A stretch of 64,000 bases of DNA from Candidatus Peribacteria bacterium RIFCSPHIGHO2_01_FULL_51_35 (GCA_001787535.1 MFXP01000015.1:22549-86548), one strand, 5' to 3'. Counted from the first letter of the stretch, positions 48,920 through 59,273 are shown. Notes: a model not told the origin generated them from the letters alone. Program-made: numbers and translations.

Positions 48920-50851
48920 CTACACTTCTACGATAACGGGAATCATGATGGGCTCACGATCGAGCTTGCGATCGAAATACCTGTAGAGAGCGCCGGTGAC
49001 GGCGGACTTTAACGCTTTGCGTTCTGTCTCGCCTCTGTTCACCGCCTCTTCGTAGGCTTTCTTCGCTGTCTCTGTGACTTCCTTCGTGATGCTCTGTTGT
49101 TCGGATCCATAAATGAGTCCGCGCGAGAGGACATCCGGGTCGCCCACCAAACGTTTGCTGTCTGCGTATGCGCGGAAAAGTACGACCACCACACCGCCGT
49201 TGCTCATAACTTTGCGGTCCAGTAGCACACGCTGGCCTTCGCCTGCGCTGCCACGACCGTCAATGATGACGTCGTTGGCTGTGTGCTTGGTTTTGCTCTT
49301 GCGAGCGCCTTCGGCGTCGAACTCCAGGATCTCACCGTTCAAGAGAAGGTGGATCTGATTTTCTTGGTAGCCGATGGTGCGGACAAGATCCGCATGTCCC
49401 GCTTTCATATGCGGTTCACCGTGTTCGGGGATCACATGTTTTGCGCGCACCAGTCTGTGCATCAGGAGAATGTCATTTGCATAGCCGTGTCCCGTGGTAT
49501 GCAGCGCCAGTTCTTGGTTCGTCTTCACGATGGCGCCTTTCAGGTGAAGGTTGTTCACCACTTTTGCCACCGCGCGTTCGTTGCCGAGGATCGGATTGCT
49601 GCTGAGGATAACGGTGTCGCCCTTGCGGACGCTTACGTGCCGGTGCGTGCCAAGACCCATGCGGGCGAGACCTGCAGCCTCTTCTCCTTGGCTGCCCGTC
49701 GTGATGATGAGCACTTCGCTGTCGGGCAGTTTATCCATGCCCGGGCTCACTTTGCGGATAAGTCCGCGTGGTGCCTTGATGTAGCCCAAGTTCTGGGCGA
49801 TCTCCACGTTCGCTTCCATACTGCGGCCGGAGATGTACACTTTCCGGTTGAATTCATGAGCGTGTTCGATGACCTGTTCGATGCGGTTTAAAAGCGAGCT
49901 GAAAGTGGAGATAACCACGCGACCTTTGGCCTCGCGGATGAGATTCCTCAGTGTCTCCGAGATATCCTTCTCGCTTTTGCTGTTTCCCGGTTTCAATGCG
50001 TTCGTGGAATCAGCGATAATCGCGAGTACGCCCGCGTCGCCCAGTTCCGCAAGGCGAGAGAAGTCCGCAGGAGGTTCGTTCATGGGGGTGAGATCGAACT
50101 TGAAGTCACCCGTATGCACGATGGTTCCATACGGCGTGTGCACGGCGATGGCGGCGGAATCGGGAATGCTGTGCGTGACGCGCAGGAATTCCACTTCCAC
50201 TTTGCCGATCCTTATCTTCTCACGGAAATTCACCGTGTGCAGGTTGGCTTTCCCCGTCAGATGATCTTCATCCAAGCGTTTCTTCACCATGGCCATGGTG
50301 AGGCGCGTGCCGTAACACGGCGGGAAGTGGAGCGACGGCAGCAAGTGCTGCGCCGCGCCGATGTGATCGAGGTGTCCGTGCGTAAAGAGGACTGCTTTGA
50401 TGCGGTTCTCTCTTCCTTTCAAGCCGGAAATGTCCGGAATCAGGTAGTCGATTCCCAACATATCCTCGTCCGGGAACTGGAGTCCCAGGTCGATGATGTA
50501 GATGTCCTCATCCACTTCTATGACGAAGCAGTTGCGGCCGACTTGTTCAAAACCACCGAGAGGGTAGACCCGGAGATTCTGTTTCTTGCCACTCGGAGCA
50601 GCGACCGGCCGATGTTGTGGTTGGCTCGACGCGGGATTTCCCGGCTTACCGACGGGGTTTCTGCTGAATGCGGGTGCACCCTGCTGCGGACGAGGACTTG
50701 GTTGGCCAGGTCGAGGGGTTCCCGGTTGGCTTGTCCTGAGGTTCCCCGAAGGGCCGCCGTGGCGGCGTCGCTTGCGAAATCGGAAAAACCCCTTGGGCTT
50801 TCCTTGGTTTTGGCCGGCGGGAGGAACTCCCGGGCCGTTCTGTGGTGTCAT
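48920..50851 (-). CDS. rnj: Ribonuclease J with disordered N-terminal extension
   Basis: PLGGFEQVGRN, THGHLDHIG, HTGDFK, TGSQGE, HTTGH, PEHGE. Confidence 0.96.
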   Translation of the reverse strand: MTPQNGPGVPPAGQNQGKPKGFFRFRKRRRHGGPSGNLRTSQPGTPRPGQPSPRPQQGAPAFSRNPVGKPGNPASSQPQHRPVAAPSGKKQNLRVYPLGGFEQVGRNCFVIEVDEDIYIIDLGLQFPDEDMLGIDYLIPDISGLKGRENRIKAVLFTHGHLDHIGAAQHLLPSLHFPPCYGTRLTMAMVKKRLDEDHLTGKANLHTVNFREKIRIGKVEVEFLRVTHSIPDSAAIAVHTPYGTIVHTGDFKFDLTPMNEPPADFSRLAELGDAGVLAIIADSTNALKPGNSKSEKDISETLRNLIREAKGRVVISTFSSLLNRIEQVIEHAHEFNRKVYISGRSMEANVEIAQNLGYIKAPRGLIRKVSPGMDKLPDSEVLIITTGSQGEEAAGLARMGLGTHRHVSVRKGDTVILSSNPILGNERAVAKVVNNLHLKGAIVKTNQELALHTTGHGYANDILLMHRLVRAKHVIPEHGEPHMKAGHADLVRTIGYQENQIHLLLNGEILEFDAEGARKSKTKHTANDVIIDGRGSAGEGQRVLLDRKVMSNGGVVVVLFRAYADSKRLVGDPDVLSRGLIYGSEQQSITKEVTETAKKAYEEAVNRGETERKALKSAVTGALYRYFDRKLDREPIMIPVIVEV

Positions 50852-50998
50852 GTTTTCTGACGTAAAAAATTATGAAGTATCTCCATCATATACCTCCGAG
50901 GTTCCATTTGCAATGCCATCTTGTTCAATGCTCTGTTTTTTGGCTTCTGATCCACGAATTTTTACTTGTGATTTTTGATGTTCGAATGGTGATAGGGT

Positions 50999-51460
50999 GT
51001 GTATATGCCAGAAAGCTTCGCACATCTCCTCACTCTTTTTTTAACCGATGCGTGTCTCCAAGCACGTGAACGAGATGCCGCTCGCTTGGATCAAAAATCA
51101 CGGTCATCCCATCCTCCTGAGGAGTGGGTTTTCGTACAACGATTAGCGTATGAACTGGATGACTTTGGTCAGCTGCTCCATCTGCAATTAGATCGCTCGA
51201 ACCAGGAATTTCATGATCGGGGTACCGCATTTTTGGAACGATGTAGAGATATTTTTGGTGCGCTTGCCCGCAATGCTCCGGCTGAGTTTCAGGAGAAGCT
51301 GTACCACTATCAACTATCCGCCTCCCAACGCCTGGGTAAGGTACTTGCTCTGCAGGAAGAACTCAGAATTCGTACAGGGATTTTTCATCAATCATTGGGG
51401 GCGCTCAAAGAGGCACTGCCGGAAGTATTTGAAGAAAAGGATGAAGGGCTTGATCTATAA
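50999..51460 (+). CDS. Hypothetical helical protein
   Basis: 153-aa ORF. Confidence 0.6.
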   Translation: MYMPESFAHLLTLFLTDACLQARERDAARLDQKSRSSHPPEEWVFVQRLAYELDDFGQLLHLQLDRSNQEFHDRGTAFLERCRDIFGALARNAPAEFQEKLYHYQLSASQRLGKVLALQEELRIRTGIFHQSLGALKEALPEVFEEKDEGLDL

Positions 51461-51565
51461 GCGCACCACATCTTGCTCTTTCGTACAAAACCAGTTTTCC
51501 CCGCCGGTACGGGCTCCAAACAAATCCTTGCCGTTCCTTCTCCGAATCGGTAGCCTTCCACCCCG

Positions 51566-53530
51566 ATGGACATCGCACTCCAGACGGGCCATACCAAGTC
51601 GAGTACCGGAGAGTCTCTGGTTTCCCTGTCGCTCACGTCCGAGCGCGGCGAACATGCCTGTCTGTTGCTGCAAATAGGGGCGAGTCCCAAAGATGCAAAA
51701 ACATTGGAGGAGGAATGCACGACCATCGTGAAACATGCGCTTCTCGATTCCGAAGGGGATTCCTGGAGCCGTTTGGACGGAACGCTCAAAGAAATGAACG
51801 GCCTCTTCAAGGGGTTGCTGGTCTCGGAGACGGTGCAAGACATTCACGCACTCTTGGCCATCATGGACACGAAGAAGATGCTCCATGTCTCCCATGCCGG
51901 CAGGGCGGAAGCGTATTTGATTCGCGGAGGCCAGACCAGCCAGATCACGGAATACAGCAAGGGGAAACCGAATCCCGTCTTCGTGCACATTTCCAGCGGC
52001 CAACTGGAAGCGCGCGATATTGTGGTGTGCTCGACACAAAGGCTTCTTCGAACCGTCACCCCCGCGCAACTTTCGCAACTCTCGCAGCGGGGGGATCAGT
52101 TGCTGGATGAGATCATTATTCAATTGGATGCAGAGCGCGAACACGCGTCCGTCGCCACCCTTCATATTCCCGCAAAGAATCAACGCATATTGGACGATGA
52201 GCCCGCCGCTCGCCCGGCTCTTTCCACTCGCAGAAGCGGTCATCGGCGATCCTCCGCATCCATCCTCGCTCGGTTCACGACATTCCTGCCCGCTCTCACA
52301 AACGGTCTTCGCACGAAACTGCCGAGAACGACGGGCGTTTCAAACTTTGTGCAAGAACTCCGTGAACGCTTTGCATCATTCCTTACGGACCTCAAGCACC
52401 CCGAACGCAAGCGCAGAGCACATCTCCTTCTTCTCGCCTCCGCCGTGGCCGCCTTCCTGATCATTTGGATGGTCGTGCGACTCTCGACCTCCAGCCAACG
52501 CAGCAAAACGCGCGCCGAGCTGGAGGATCTCGTCAGCAAGATCAATACCGAGATCCGCACGGCGGACAACAGGAGACTCACGGGCGACATCGACAGCGCC
52601 AATGCCATTCTCCAACAGGCCGAAGAGCGCGCCAAGCAGGTGATGGACAACGAAAGCGGTCTCTTCCGCGTGGAAGCGCTGGATCTCTTGGACAGGATCC
52701 GCAGCAAGCGCGAGGAAATCAACAACATCATCCGTCTGCCACCGCGCCTGGTCGTGAATATCGGCGCAAAGAACCCTGACGTGGAAGCGCAGGGAATCAT
52801 CGGTGTGGGGGACGGCGAGTTTACCGTTTACGATCGTCAAGATCTTCACCGCGTACTCCTCAATTCCGTGGATGACCCCGACAGACTCTCCGACGAGGAG
52901 CTGATTATGGATGGTGCGGGTTTCTCTCGTTACAAATCGCTCGTATTCCTCACCACGGGCAACAGCGTCATCGAAATGATCGCGAATCAACCGACAACCA
53001 TGAAGACGGAAGACACGGCCGGGTGGAAATCCGGCAACGACATCGAGACGTACCTGCGTTTCCTCTACGTCCTCTCCCCGGAAAAGAATCAGATCTACAA
53101 GTATGAGCGTTTGAGCAATCGCTACGGACCTCCCGTGGAATACAATGTGAATGGAACGCTGGGCAAAGCGCTGGACATGGTCATCGATTCCAGCGTGTTT
53201 GTGCTGAATGAAGGAGGAACGGTGCTCAAGCTTCTCCGCGGAGAGGTGCAGCCGTTCGTCATCCGTCATGCTCCCGACAATGTTCTTGCGGACGCCACGA
53301 AGCTCTTCAAAGTCACGGACAGCAACATCTACTTCCTGGATCCAAAGAAGGCGCGCGTCATTGTTACGACAGACGGCGGCGCCACCGGCGAATCCTCCTA
53401 TGTGAAACAGTATGTCTTCGAGGGAGAACAAATCGGCACGCTTCAAGATCTCTTCGTCGATCCCGACCAGACGCATTTGTACGTGCTGGATGAGAAGAGG
53501 CTGTATGTGGTGGATTTGGCGACAAAATAG
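51566..53530 (+). CDS. Membrane protein: degenerate PP2C-like N-terminal domain, TM, coiled coil, beta-propeller-like C-terminus
   Basis: LHVSHAGRAEAYLIRGG..SSGQLEARDIVVCST; TM; YVLSPEKNQIYKY, LYVLDEKRLYVV blades. Confidence 0.7.
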   Translation: MDIALQTGHTKSSTGESLVSLSLTSERGEHACLLLQIGASPKDAKTLEEECTTIVKHALLDSEGDSWSRLDGTLKEMNGLFKGLLVSETVQDIHALLAIMDTKKMLHVSHAGRAEAYLIRGGQTSQITEYSKGKPNPVFVHISSGQLEARDIVVCSTQRLLRTVTPAQLSQLSQRGDQLLDEIIIQLDAEREHASVATLHIPAKNQRILDDEPAARPALSTRRSGHRRSSASILARFTTFLPALTNGLRTKLPRTTGVSNFVQELRERFASFLTDLKHPERKRRAHLLLLASAVAAFLIIWMVVRLSTSSQRSKTRAELEDLVSKINTEIRTADNRRLTGDIDSANAILQQAEERAKQVMDNESGLFRVEALDLLDRIRSKREEINNIIRLPPRLVVNIGAKNPDVEAQGIIGVGDGEFTVYDRQDLHRVLLNSVDDPDRLSDEELIMDGAGFSRYKSLVFLTTGNSVIEMIANQPTTMKTEDTAGWKSGNDIETYLRFLYVLSPEKNQIYKYERLSNRYGPPVEYNVNGTLGKALDMVIDSSVFVLNEGGTVLKLLRGEVQPFVIRHAPDNVLADATKLFKVTDSNIYFLDPKKARVIVTTDGGATGESSYVKQYVFEGEQIGTLQDLFVDPDQTHLYVLDEKRLYVVDLATK

Positions 53531-53625
53531 AATATTGGATTATCGGAGTACTGGAATATTGGGGTGATTTCTGTGTGCATTTCCTAGTATTCTAGTATTC
53601 CAGTACTCCAGTACTCCAGTATTCC
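53529..53625. repeat. Inverted octamer array (GGAGTACT)n..(AGTACTCC)n
   Basis: Four units left, five right, filling the intergenic gap. Confidence 0.88.
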
Positions 53626-53628
53626 TCT

Positions 53629-54003
53629 ATGCGCGTTTTAATCTTCGGCACCTTCGATCGCCTGCATCCCGGCCACCTGTTTCTTTTGAAAGAAGCCGAT
53701 ACGAGGGGGGAGCTTTTTGTGGTTGTGGCACGCGATACGAATGTGAAGCGGATCAAAGGAAAAGATCCTGCGGAATCGGAGGAAGCGCGGAAGGCGGCGA
53801 TCGAAAAAGCCTTTCCGGATGCGCATGTTATCTTGGGTGATGCCAAAGATTTCCTCGTGCCGGTGAAGGCAGTCCGGCCGGGCATCATCCTCCTTGGCTA
53901 CGACCAACATCTTCCTCCGGGCGTGGCGATGGAAGATCTCCCCTGTCCCGTCGAGCGATTGCCATCCTTCCATCCGGAGCAGTACAAGAGCAGTTTGATG
54001 TAG
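53629..54003 (+). CDS. Cytidylyltransferase-like protein (FAD synthase RibL-like)
   Basis: FGTFDRLHPGH, VVVARD, LGYDQ, YKSS. Confidence 0.85.
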   Translation: MRVLIFGTFDRLHPGHLFLLKEADTRGELFVVVARDTNVKRIKGKDPAESEEARKAAIEKAFPDAHVILGDAKDFLVPVKAVRPGIILLGYDQHLPPGVAMEDLPCPVERLPSFHPEQYKSSLM

Positions 54004-54176
54004 GGTGGGCAGCATCGCCTAGAAGGCGATGCTGTGGGCAGAACAAGAAGGAACAGCATCCAGTTTCCGCTTGGATTTTATTATTCATTCACCGCCCACC
54101 GCATCGGCAAGATGCCGATGCCACCCCCACCTTCATCTCTACCAAAAGCGCACAGAATCTGCTATAATGATGAGAA

Positions 54177-54746
54177 ATGGATCAAACAGACACACCCACT
54201 AAAAAGGTTCCGCTCTGGAAGCAGCTTGCGGGAGCAGGTACCGGTGCGCTCATTGCATTGGCATTCTATGGCGTATACGAAGTGGCCTCTCCGGTGCTGA
54301 GTGCCTATCTGTCGATCCCCAGCTTCCGTGGCATACACAGTGCAGCGGATGTCCGCGTGCAGAGTCCATCGAATACGGAGACGCAGGAAAGGTTGGCGCG
54401 TCGCGCACGAGAAATTGCGGAGCAATTTTCTGAGCGCCCCATTACGGATCTTGAAGAAGATGTTCCGGAGGAATACATAGAGCCGGCAGCTGCTCCGGCA
54501 GCTGAGCCTGTCACTCCTGTGGAAGCGAAGGAAGAAATTACGCCCACTCCGCTCGCGGATGTGGAGACGCCTCTCTACGAAAAGGCTCAGGCAGCGGAGA
54601 ATATCGCGCCACCCTCTCTCCCGTCGTCCGGTATCGGGTTGTGGCTCAGCATCCACGTTGCACTTCTTGCGGTCATCGGCATCCGGTATCGCACCAAGAT
54701 CCATAAAAAGCTCCGGTGGCCTTCTTATTCAGTGAAAGGATTTTGA
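54177..54746 (+). CDS. Membrane/surface protein with LPSSG C-terminal motif
   Basis: N-terminal TM, P/E-rich linker, LPSSG + hydrophobic + basic tail. Confidence 0.75.
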   Translation: MDQTDTPTKKVPLWKQLAGAGTGALIALAFYGVYEVASPVLSAYLSIPSFRGIHSAADVRVQSPSNTETQERLARRAREIAEQFSERPITDLEEDVPEEYIEPAAAPAAEPVTPVEAKEEITPTPLADVETPLYEKAQAAENIAPPSLPSSGIGLWLSIHVALLAVIGIRYRTKIHKKLRWPSYSVKGF

Positions 54747-55003
54747 TCCTCGTTGAAATCATAAAAAAAAGAGAGGCGCCGAAGCGCCCCAGCTTTATCA
54801 ATTCAAATTGATTGGTCGCCACGAGGGCGATCTCGCTGGGATGTCTCTAAGTTCTTTTGAGCTCAGGGACATCCCAGGAGATGAAAATTGAACTGACTTG
54901 ACAATTTTACTGATATCCATAGTTTTGTCAATGGAATGCCCGAAATGAGCCCGGGCGTATTTGTCCCTTACCAAAGCGTATTTTCACGCTTATCCTTGCT
55001 CCG

Positions 55004-55447
55004 ATGCCCCCCAAAACAGTCGCACAGAACAGGCGCGCACGGTTCGATTATGAGATTTTGGAGACCGTGGAAGCGGGCGTCATGCTCACGGGACAGGAGG
55101 TGAAATCTTGCCGCATGGGGCATGTGAATTTGGCGGGAGCGTACGTGACGTTCGTGCATGGCAAACCCGTTCTCAAGAAAGCAAAGATCTCCCTCTACGC
55201 ATTCGCAACGGCAACCGATTACGATCCCGAACGGGACCGCCCGCTGCTTTTAAAGAAGAATGAAGTGGAAAAATTGCAGTCACAAACGGAAACGAAAGGC
55301 ATCACCGTGATTCCGTTGGAAGTACACGCGGGCAAATACATCAAAGTTGTTCTGGGGCTTGGGAGGGGACGGAAGAACTACGACAAACGGCAGAAGATCA
55401 AAGAACGGAGCATTGGGAAGAAGCTAAGGAAAGGTGAGGAGATTTAA
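55004..55447 (+). CDS. smpB: SsrA-binding protein
   Basis: NRRARFDY, EAGVMLTGQEVKS, GRKNYDKR. Confidence 0.96.
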   Translation: MPPKTVAQNRRARFDYEILETVEAGVMLTGQEVKSCRMGHVNLAGAYVTFVHGKPVLKKAKISLYAFATATDYDPERDRPLLLKKNEVEKLQSQTETKGITVIPLEVHAGKYIKVVLGLGRGRKNYDKRQKIKERSIGKKLRKGEEI

Positions 55448-55461
55448 CATCCGCAATGGAT

Positions 55462-56322
55462 CTATTTTTTCTTTCCGGACTGTTTCGCGAACCACTCCTT
55501 ATTTTTTTCTAAAATAGATGTTCTTTTATCCAGAATAGAATCCCACCATTCCGCGCTTTGCTGTTCGCTTCGCGATAGTTGGATGATTTGTTGAGTCAGG
55601 ATCCACATCTTGTGGGTGGTATGATCAATACGTTCTTCTATTATATCCCCCCGATCGGACAATCCATGCTCAACCGCGAAGGAAACCATCTCTTTCTCGA
55701 CAAGCTGCCAATACTTTTGAAAGAAATTTTCCATATCCGCGTTTTTTGTAAGTTTTTTCAACGATCCTCGGCTGAGAGCAAAAATTGTTCCCATTCGGAC
55801 ATGAAAATTTCCTCGTAATGCATCGATGGATTCCTCTAAGGTTTTGTACTGCTGAGCGAATTCGCTCAACTCCTGCACACGCTTCACGCTTGCTTCCTGA
55901 ATATTGAGCATGGATTGCCTTTGGCGTTCGTAGCCAAGACGCATGATCCATATGCTTCCTTCGGGAAGGAGATTCTCCGCGCTTGATTTCATCAATGCGC
56001 GAATTACGCCCGGTCGAACGTCGTACAGGACATGGGACATAATGACCGTGCCGACGCCGCCCAACTTGTCGGTTTCCGTGCGGACACGTGGATCGTTCAA
56101 TCCTTTTTCCAATGTATTGAGATCCAGGGGCAGAACGACATTCCCCGCTGCCGTCTTGTGCCTGTCGATGTTCACAACAGGAGGCGCACTGGTGACCCGG
56201 GCGAATCGATTGCGCACGCCACCTCCTATTTCCACAATAGCTCCGCCCGGATGACTGTGGAGGATTTCTTCGTTCAGGCCGATTTTCTGGTGCGATCGTG
56301 GATAGTCGAATTCTGTGATCAT
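55462..56322 (-). CDS. Hypothetical protein, possible class I SAM-methyltransferase fold
   Basis: IVEIGGG, VVNID, MSHVLY motifs. Confidence 0.55.
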   Translation of the reverse strand: MITEFDYPRSHQKIGLNEEILHSHPGGAIVEIGGGVRNRFARVTSAPPVVNIDRHKTAAGNVVLPLDLNTLEKGLNDPRVRTETDKLGGVGTVIMSHVLYDVRPGVIRALMKSSAENLLPEGSIWIMRLGYERQRQSMLNIQEASVKRVQELSEFAQQYKTLEESIDALRGNFHVRMGTIFALSRGSLKKLTKNADMENFFQKYWQLVEKEMVSFAVEHGLSDRGDIIEERIDHTTHKMWILTQQIIQLSRSEQQSAEWWDSILDKRTSILEKNKEWFAKQSGKKK

Positions 56323-56411
56323 GATCTTGTGAGAAGAAATATATTATATAATGATTTATTTAAAGAGCAAATTCCCTTCATGAGAATTCATGCATGGTAT
56401 TCTGCTTTTCC

Positions 56412-57008
56412 ATGTCCCTGCTCCCACCTCAAATTCAAAAAGTTATCGAAGAGTTTTCGAAGTTGCCCGGCATCGGGCCGAAATCCGCCGAGCGTCTTAC
56501 GTTTCATCTACTTCGCAGCAGCAAAGCGACGCCGGAGAATCTGGGTGCAGCACTCGTGGATCTAAAATCCGAAATTCGGTACTGCTCCGTATGCCAGATG
56601 GTCACACTCAAGGAGACCTGTTCTCTCTGTGAAGATGGCAGTCGCGATGCAACAACCATCTTGGTCGTGGAAAATCCGTTGGAAGTGATTGCGTTTGAGA
56701 AAACATCCTACAAAGGTTCGTACCATGTGCTGCATGGCGTGCTCTCTCCCATCGATGGCATGGGTCCGGAGCAGCTCAAGCTGAAAGAACTTGTTGATCG
56801 AGCCAAACGCGGCGGCATCCAGGAGCTCATCATCGCGACGAACCCGGATATAGAAGGCGAAGCAACGGCCAATTACCTGCGCATGCAATTAAAAGACACG
56901 ATCCCGGTTATCACGCGCCTTGCCCACGGACTCCCCATGGGTGCGGACATAGAATTTGCAGACCAAATGACGCTGAAAGAGGCGATTGCGGGAAGAAGGA
57001 ACTTGTAA
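56412..57008 (+). CDS. recR: Recombination mediator RecR
   Basis: LPGIGPKSAERL, C4 zinc finger, YHVLHG, ATNPDIEGEATA. Confidence 0.97.
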   Translation: MSLLPPQIQKVIEEFSKLPGIGPKSAERLTFHLLRSSKATPENLGAALVDLKSEIRYCSVCQMVTLKETCSLCEDGSRDATTILVVENPLEVIAFEKTSYKGSYHVLHGVLSPIDGMGPEQLKLKELVDRAKRGGIQELIIATNPDIEGEATANYLRMQLKDTIPVITRLAHGLPMGADIEFADQMTLKEAIAGRRNL

Positions 57009-57010
57009 AA

Positions 57011-57199
57011 ATGTACAGGATTCTCTATAATGAACGTCTCATGTTCAAGATTACTTTTTGGAGCAAAGGCAATAAAAATAATTCTTCTGCAAAGAAGAAG
57101 GTGACGGTGAAAATTAAAAAGTTCACCCCCTTTCCAGCTGATATTAATGATTGGGGAGAGGATTATCGTGTCTTGATGCGAGAACTTTCAAAGCGATGA
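57011..57199 (+). CDS. Small protein, candidate antitoxin (start 57011 or 57041)
   Basis: ATGA-coupled to the Fic gene; C-terminus YRVLMRELSKR. Confidence 0.5.
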   Translation: MYRILYNERLMFKITFWSKGNKNNSSAKKKVTVKIKKFTPFPADINDWGEDYRVLMRELSKR

Positions 57200-57705
57200 T
57201 TCAGTATCTTGAAATGGCAGATTGCATTGGTGTTATTTTCCCGTATATCCATCGCAACCTCACAGCAACAGAACAAGCTCCGGACTACCGTGCGGAGGCA
57301 TCTGGTATGGGCGAATTAGACAAAGTTTTAGCATTTATGAAGTCAGATTATTATCCATCATTCCATGATAAAGCTTCGTATGTGCTCTGTAGCATTGCTG
57401 GATCCCAATATTTTTCAAATGGCAACAAACGGCTGGGCATCGCTGTTCTAATGGCATTCCTTGCTCTCAACCAGGCAGGGAATCCAACGCTGGACGCAAC
57501 AGGTTTTCGAGCGCTTTTAAGCGGGCATTTTCCCTTGCATCAATGGGAGGACAACGCGCAATTCCAGAATCCTCACGCTCTTTTTCTGTACAACCTTGCC
57601 ATTGTCATCGGCAATCGAAATGTATGGGGAGGGATCAATTTTGATATTCTCAAGGAGAAAACATCAGAGATGTTTGAGCTGCTGCATCCGCTGCAAAAGA
57701 GTTAA
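57196..57705 (+). CDS. Fic/Doc family protein with atypical motif
   Basis: YPSFHDKAS..QYFSNGNKR. Confidence 0.8.
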   Translation: MIQYLEMADCIGVIFPYIHRNLTATEQAPDYRAEASGMGELDKVLAFMKSDYYPSFHDKASYVLCSIAGSQYFSNGNKRLGIAVLMAFLALNQAGNPTLDATGFRALLSGHFPLHQWEDNAQFQNPHALFLYNLAIVIGNRNVWGGINFDILKEKTSEMFELLHPLQKS

Positions 57706-59225
57706 TGTTTAAAAGCCCGCGTGCCCGTCGTGACCATCGCGATGCCGAGTTCGTTCGCTTTTGCGAAGACTTCTTGGTCGCGCATGGAGCCACCCGGCTG
57801 AATGATGGCCGTGATGCCGTACTTTACTGCTTCTTCCACGGCATCCGGAAAAGGGAAGAAGGCGTCGCTGGCCATCACTGCGCCTTTGGCACGATCACCT
57901 GCGCGTTTGCCCGCGATCCACGTGGCATCCACGCGGCTGGTCTGTCCGCAGCCGATGCCGACGCTGGATTTGTCCTTCGCAAAGACGATGGCGTTTGATT
58001 TCGCATGCTTCACGATCTTCCACGCGAAGAGCATATCTTCGATCTGTTCTTTCGTGGGCTTTTTCTCCGTTACGGTGACCAGATCCTCCGGCAGTACGGC
58101 ATGCGTGTCAAAATCTTGCATGAGCACGCCGCCGAGCGTGGAACGAACTTGCCTGCCGTGCAGGACATTGCCGAAAATTTCGATGAGGCGGATGTTTGGC
58201 TTCTGCTTGAGGATCGTTAACGCATCTTCCGCAAAGCTCGGCGCAATGATCACTTCCGTGAAGATTTTCTGGTCGATGATCTTCTGCGCGATGGTGCCGG
58301 TGCAGTTGTGATTCAACGCAATGATCACGCCGAAGGCACTCAGCCTGTCTGCATCGTACGCGCGCTGGAATGCTTCCTCGATATTTGCATGCGATGCAAC
58401 GCCGCTGGGGTTTGCATGCTTGATGCATGCGGCCGTCGGCTCACCAAATTCGGAGACCAAGTTCCACGCGCCATCGGCATCCAAGAGGTTCAAATAGCTC
58501 AGCTCTTTTCCTTGGTGCATGCGCCAGTGCGACTGTGCGTTCGTCGTCGGAACCGGTTCATACGGCTCGAAGTATTTGCCTGTCTGATGCGGATTTTCGC
58601 CGTAGCGCAGTACTTTTCCATTGGTCAGGAGGATCCCTGTATTCGCTCCTGCAGAGAGCACTTCCGTAATGGCGCTGTCGTACGCCGCCGTGCGCAAGAA
58701 TGTTTTTGCAGCGAGTTCTGCGCGGAGTGCCGGGGATGTATCGCCGTTTTTTTCCAACTCCTGCAAAACACGCTCGTAATCCGCAGGATCGCAAATGACC
58801 GTGACGGACGCATGATTTTTGGCAGCGCTCCGGAGCAGCGTCGGTCCGCCGATATCAATCTGCTCAATCAATTCCGGTTTGGTCTTCGTCGTATCGCGCG
58901 CGGTTTCTTCGAACGGATACAAATTCACCACAATCAGATCAATCGGTTCGATGCCGTGTTTCTTCGCATCCTTCACATGCGCAGGATCATCACGGCGAAA
59001 CAGAATGCCGCCCATGATTTTCGGGTGCATGGTTTTGACACGTCCCGAAAACATTTCCGGAAAGGCAGTCACGCTTTCGATCGATGTGACAGGGATCCCT
59101 GCCTCTTTGAGCATCTTCTCCGTACCTCCCGTTGCCAACATCGTCACCCCGAGTTTCTGTAGTCCTTGTGCGAACGCAAGGAGTCCACGTTTATCTGCGA
59201 CCGACAGGAGGGCGCGTTTGATCAT
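57702..59225 (-). CDS. purH: Bifunctional AICAR transformylase/IMP cyclohydrolase
   Basis: RALLSVADK, GRVKTMHP, IDIGGP, LRYGENPHQ, ASDAFFPF. Confidence 0.97.
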   Translation of the reverse strand: MIKRALLSVADKRGLLAFAQGLQKLGVTMLATGGTEKMLKEAGIPVTSIESVTAFPEMFSGRVKTMHPKIMGGILFRRDDPAHVKDAKKHGIEPIDLIVVNLYPFEETARDTTKTKPELIEQIDIGGPTLLRSAAKNHASVTVICDPADYERVLQELEKNGDTSPALRAELAAKTFLRTAAYDSAITEVLSAGANTGILLTNGKVLRYGENPHQTGKYFEPYEPVPTTNAQSHWRMHQGKELSYLNLLDADGAWNLVSEFGEPTAACIKHANPSGVASHANIEEAFQRAYDADRLSAFGVIIALNHNCTGTIAQKIIDQKIFTEVIIAPSFAEDALTILKQKPNIRLIEIFGNVLHGRQVRSTLGGVLMQDFDTHAVLPEDLVTVTEKKPTKEQIEDMLFAWKIVKHAKSNAIVFAKDKSSVGIGCGQTSRVDATWIAGKRAGDRAKGAVMASDAFFPFPDAVEEAVKYGITAIIQPGGSMRDQEVFAKANELGIAMVTTGTRAFKH

Positions 59226-59273
59226 GAGGGGAGGCAAGGGATTATGGCAGAAAACTTCAATTTTTTCCAGTTT

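Noticed and set aside
54750..55000. tmRNA next to smpB
   Set aside because: Hairpins at about 54775-54788 and 54837-54877 exist, but there is no GGGG 5' end, T-arm/CCA end or tag frame.
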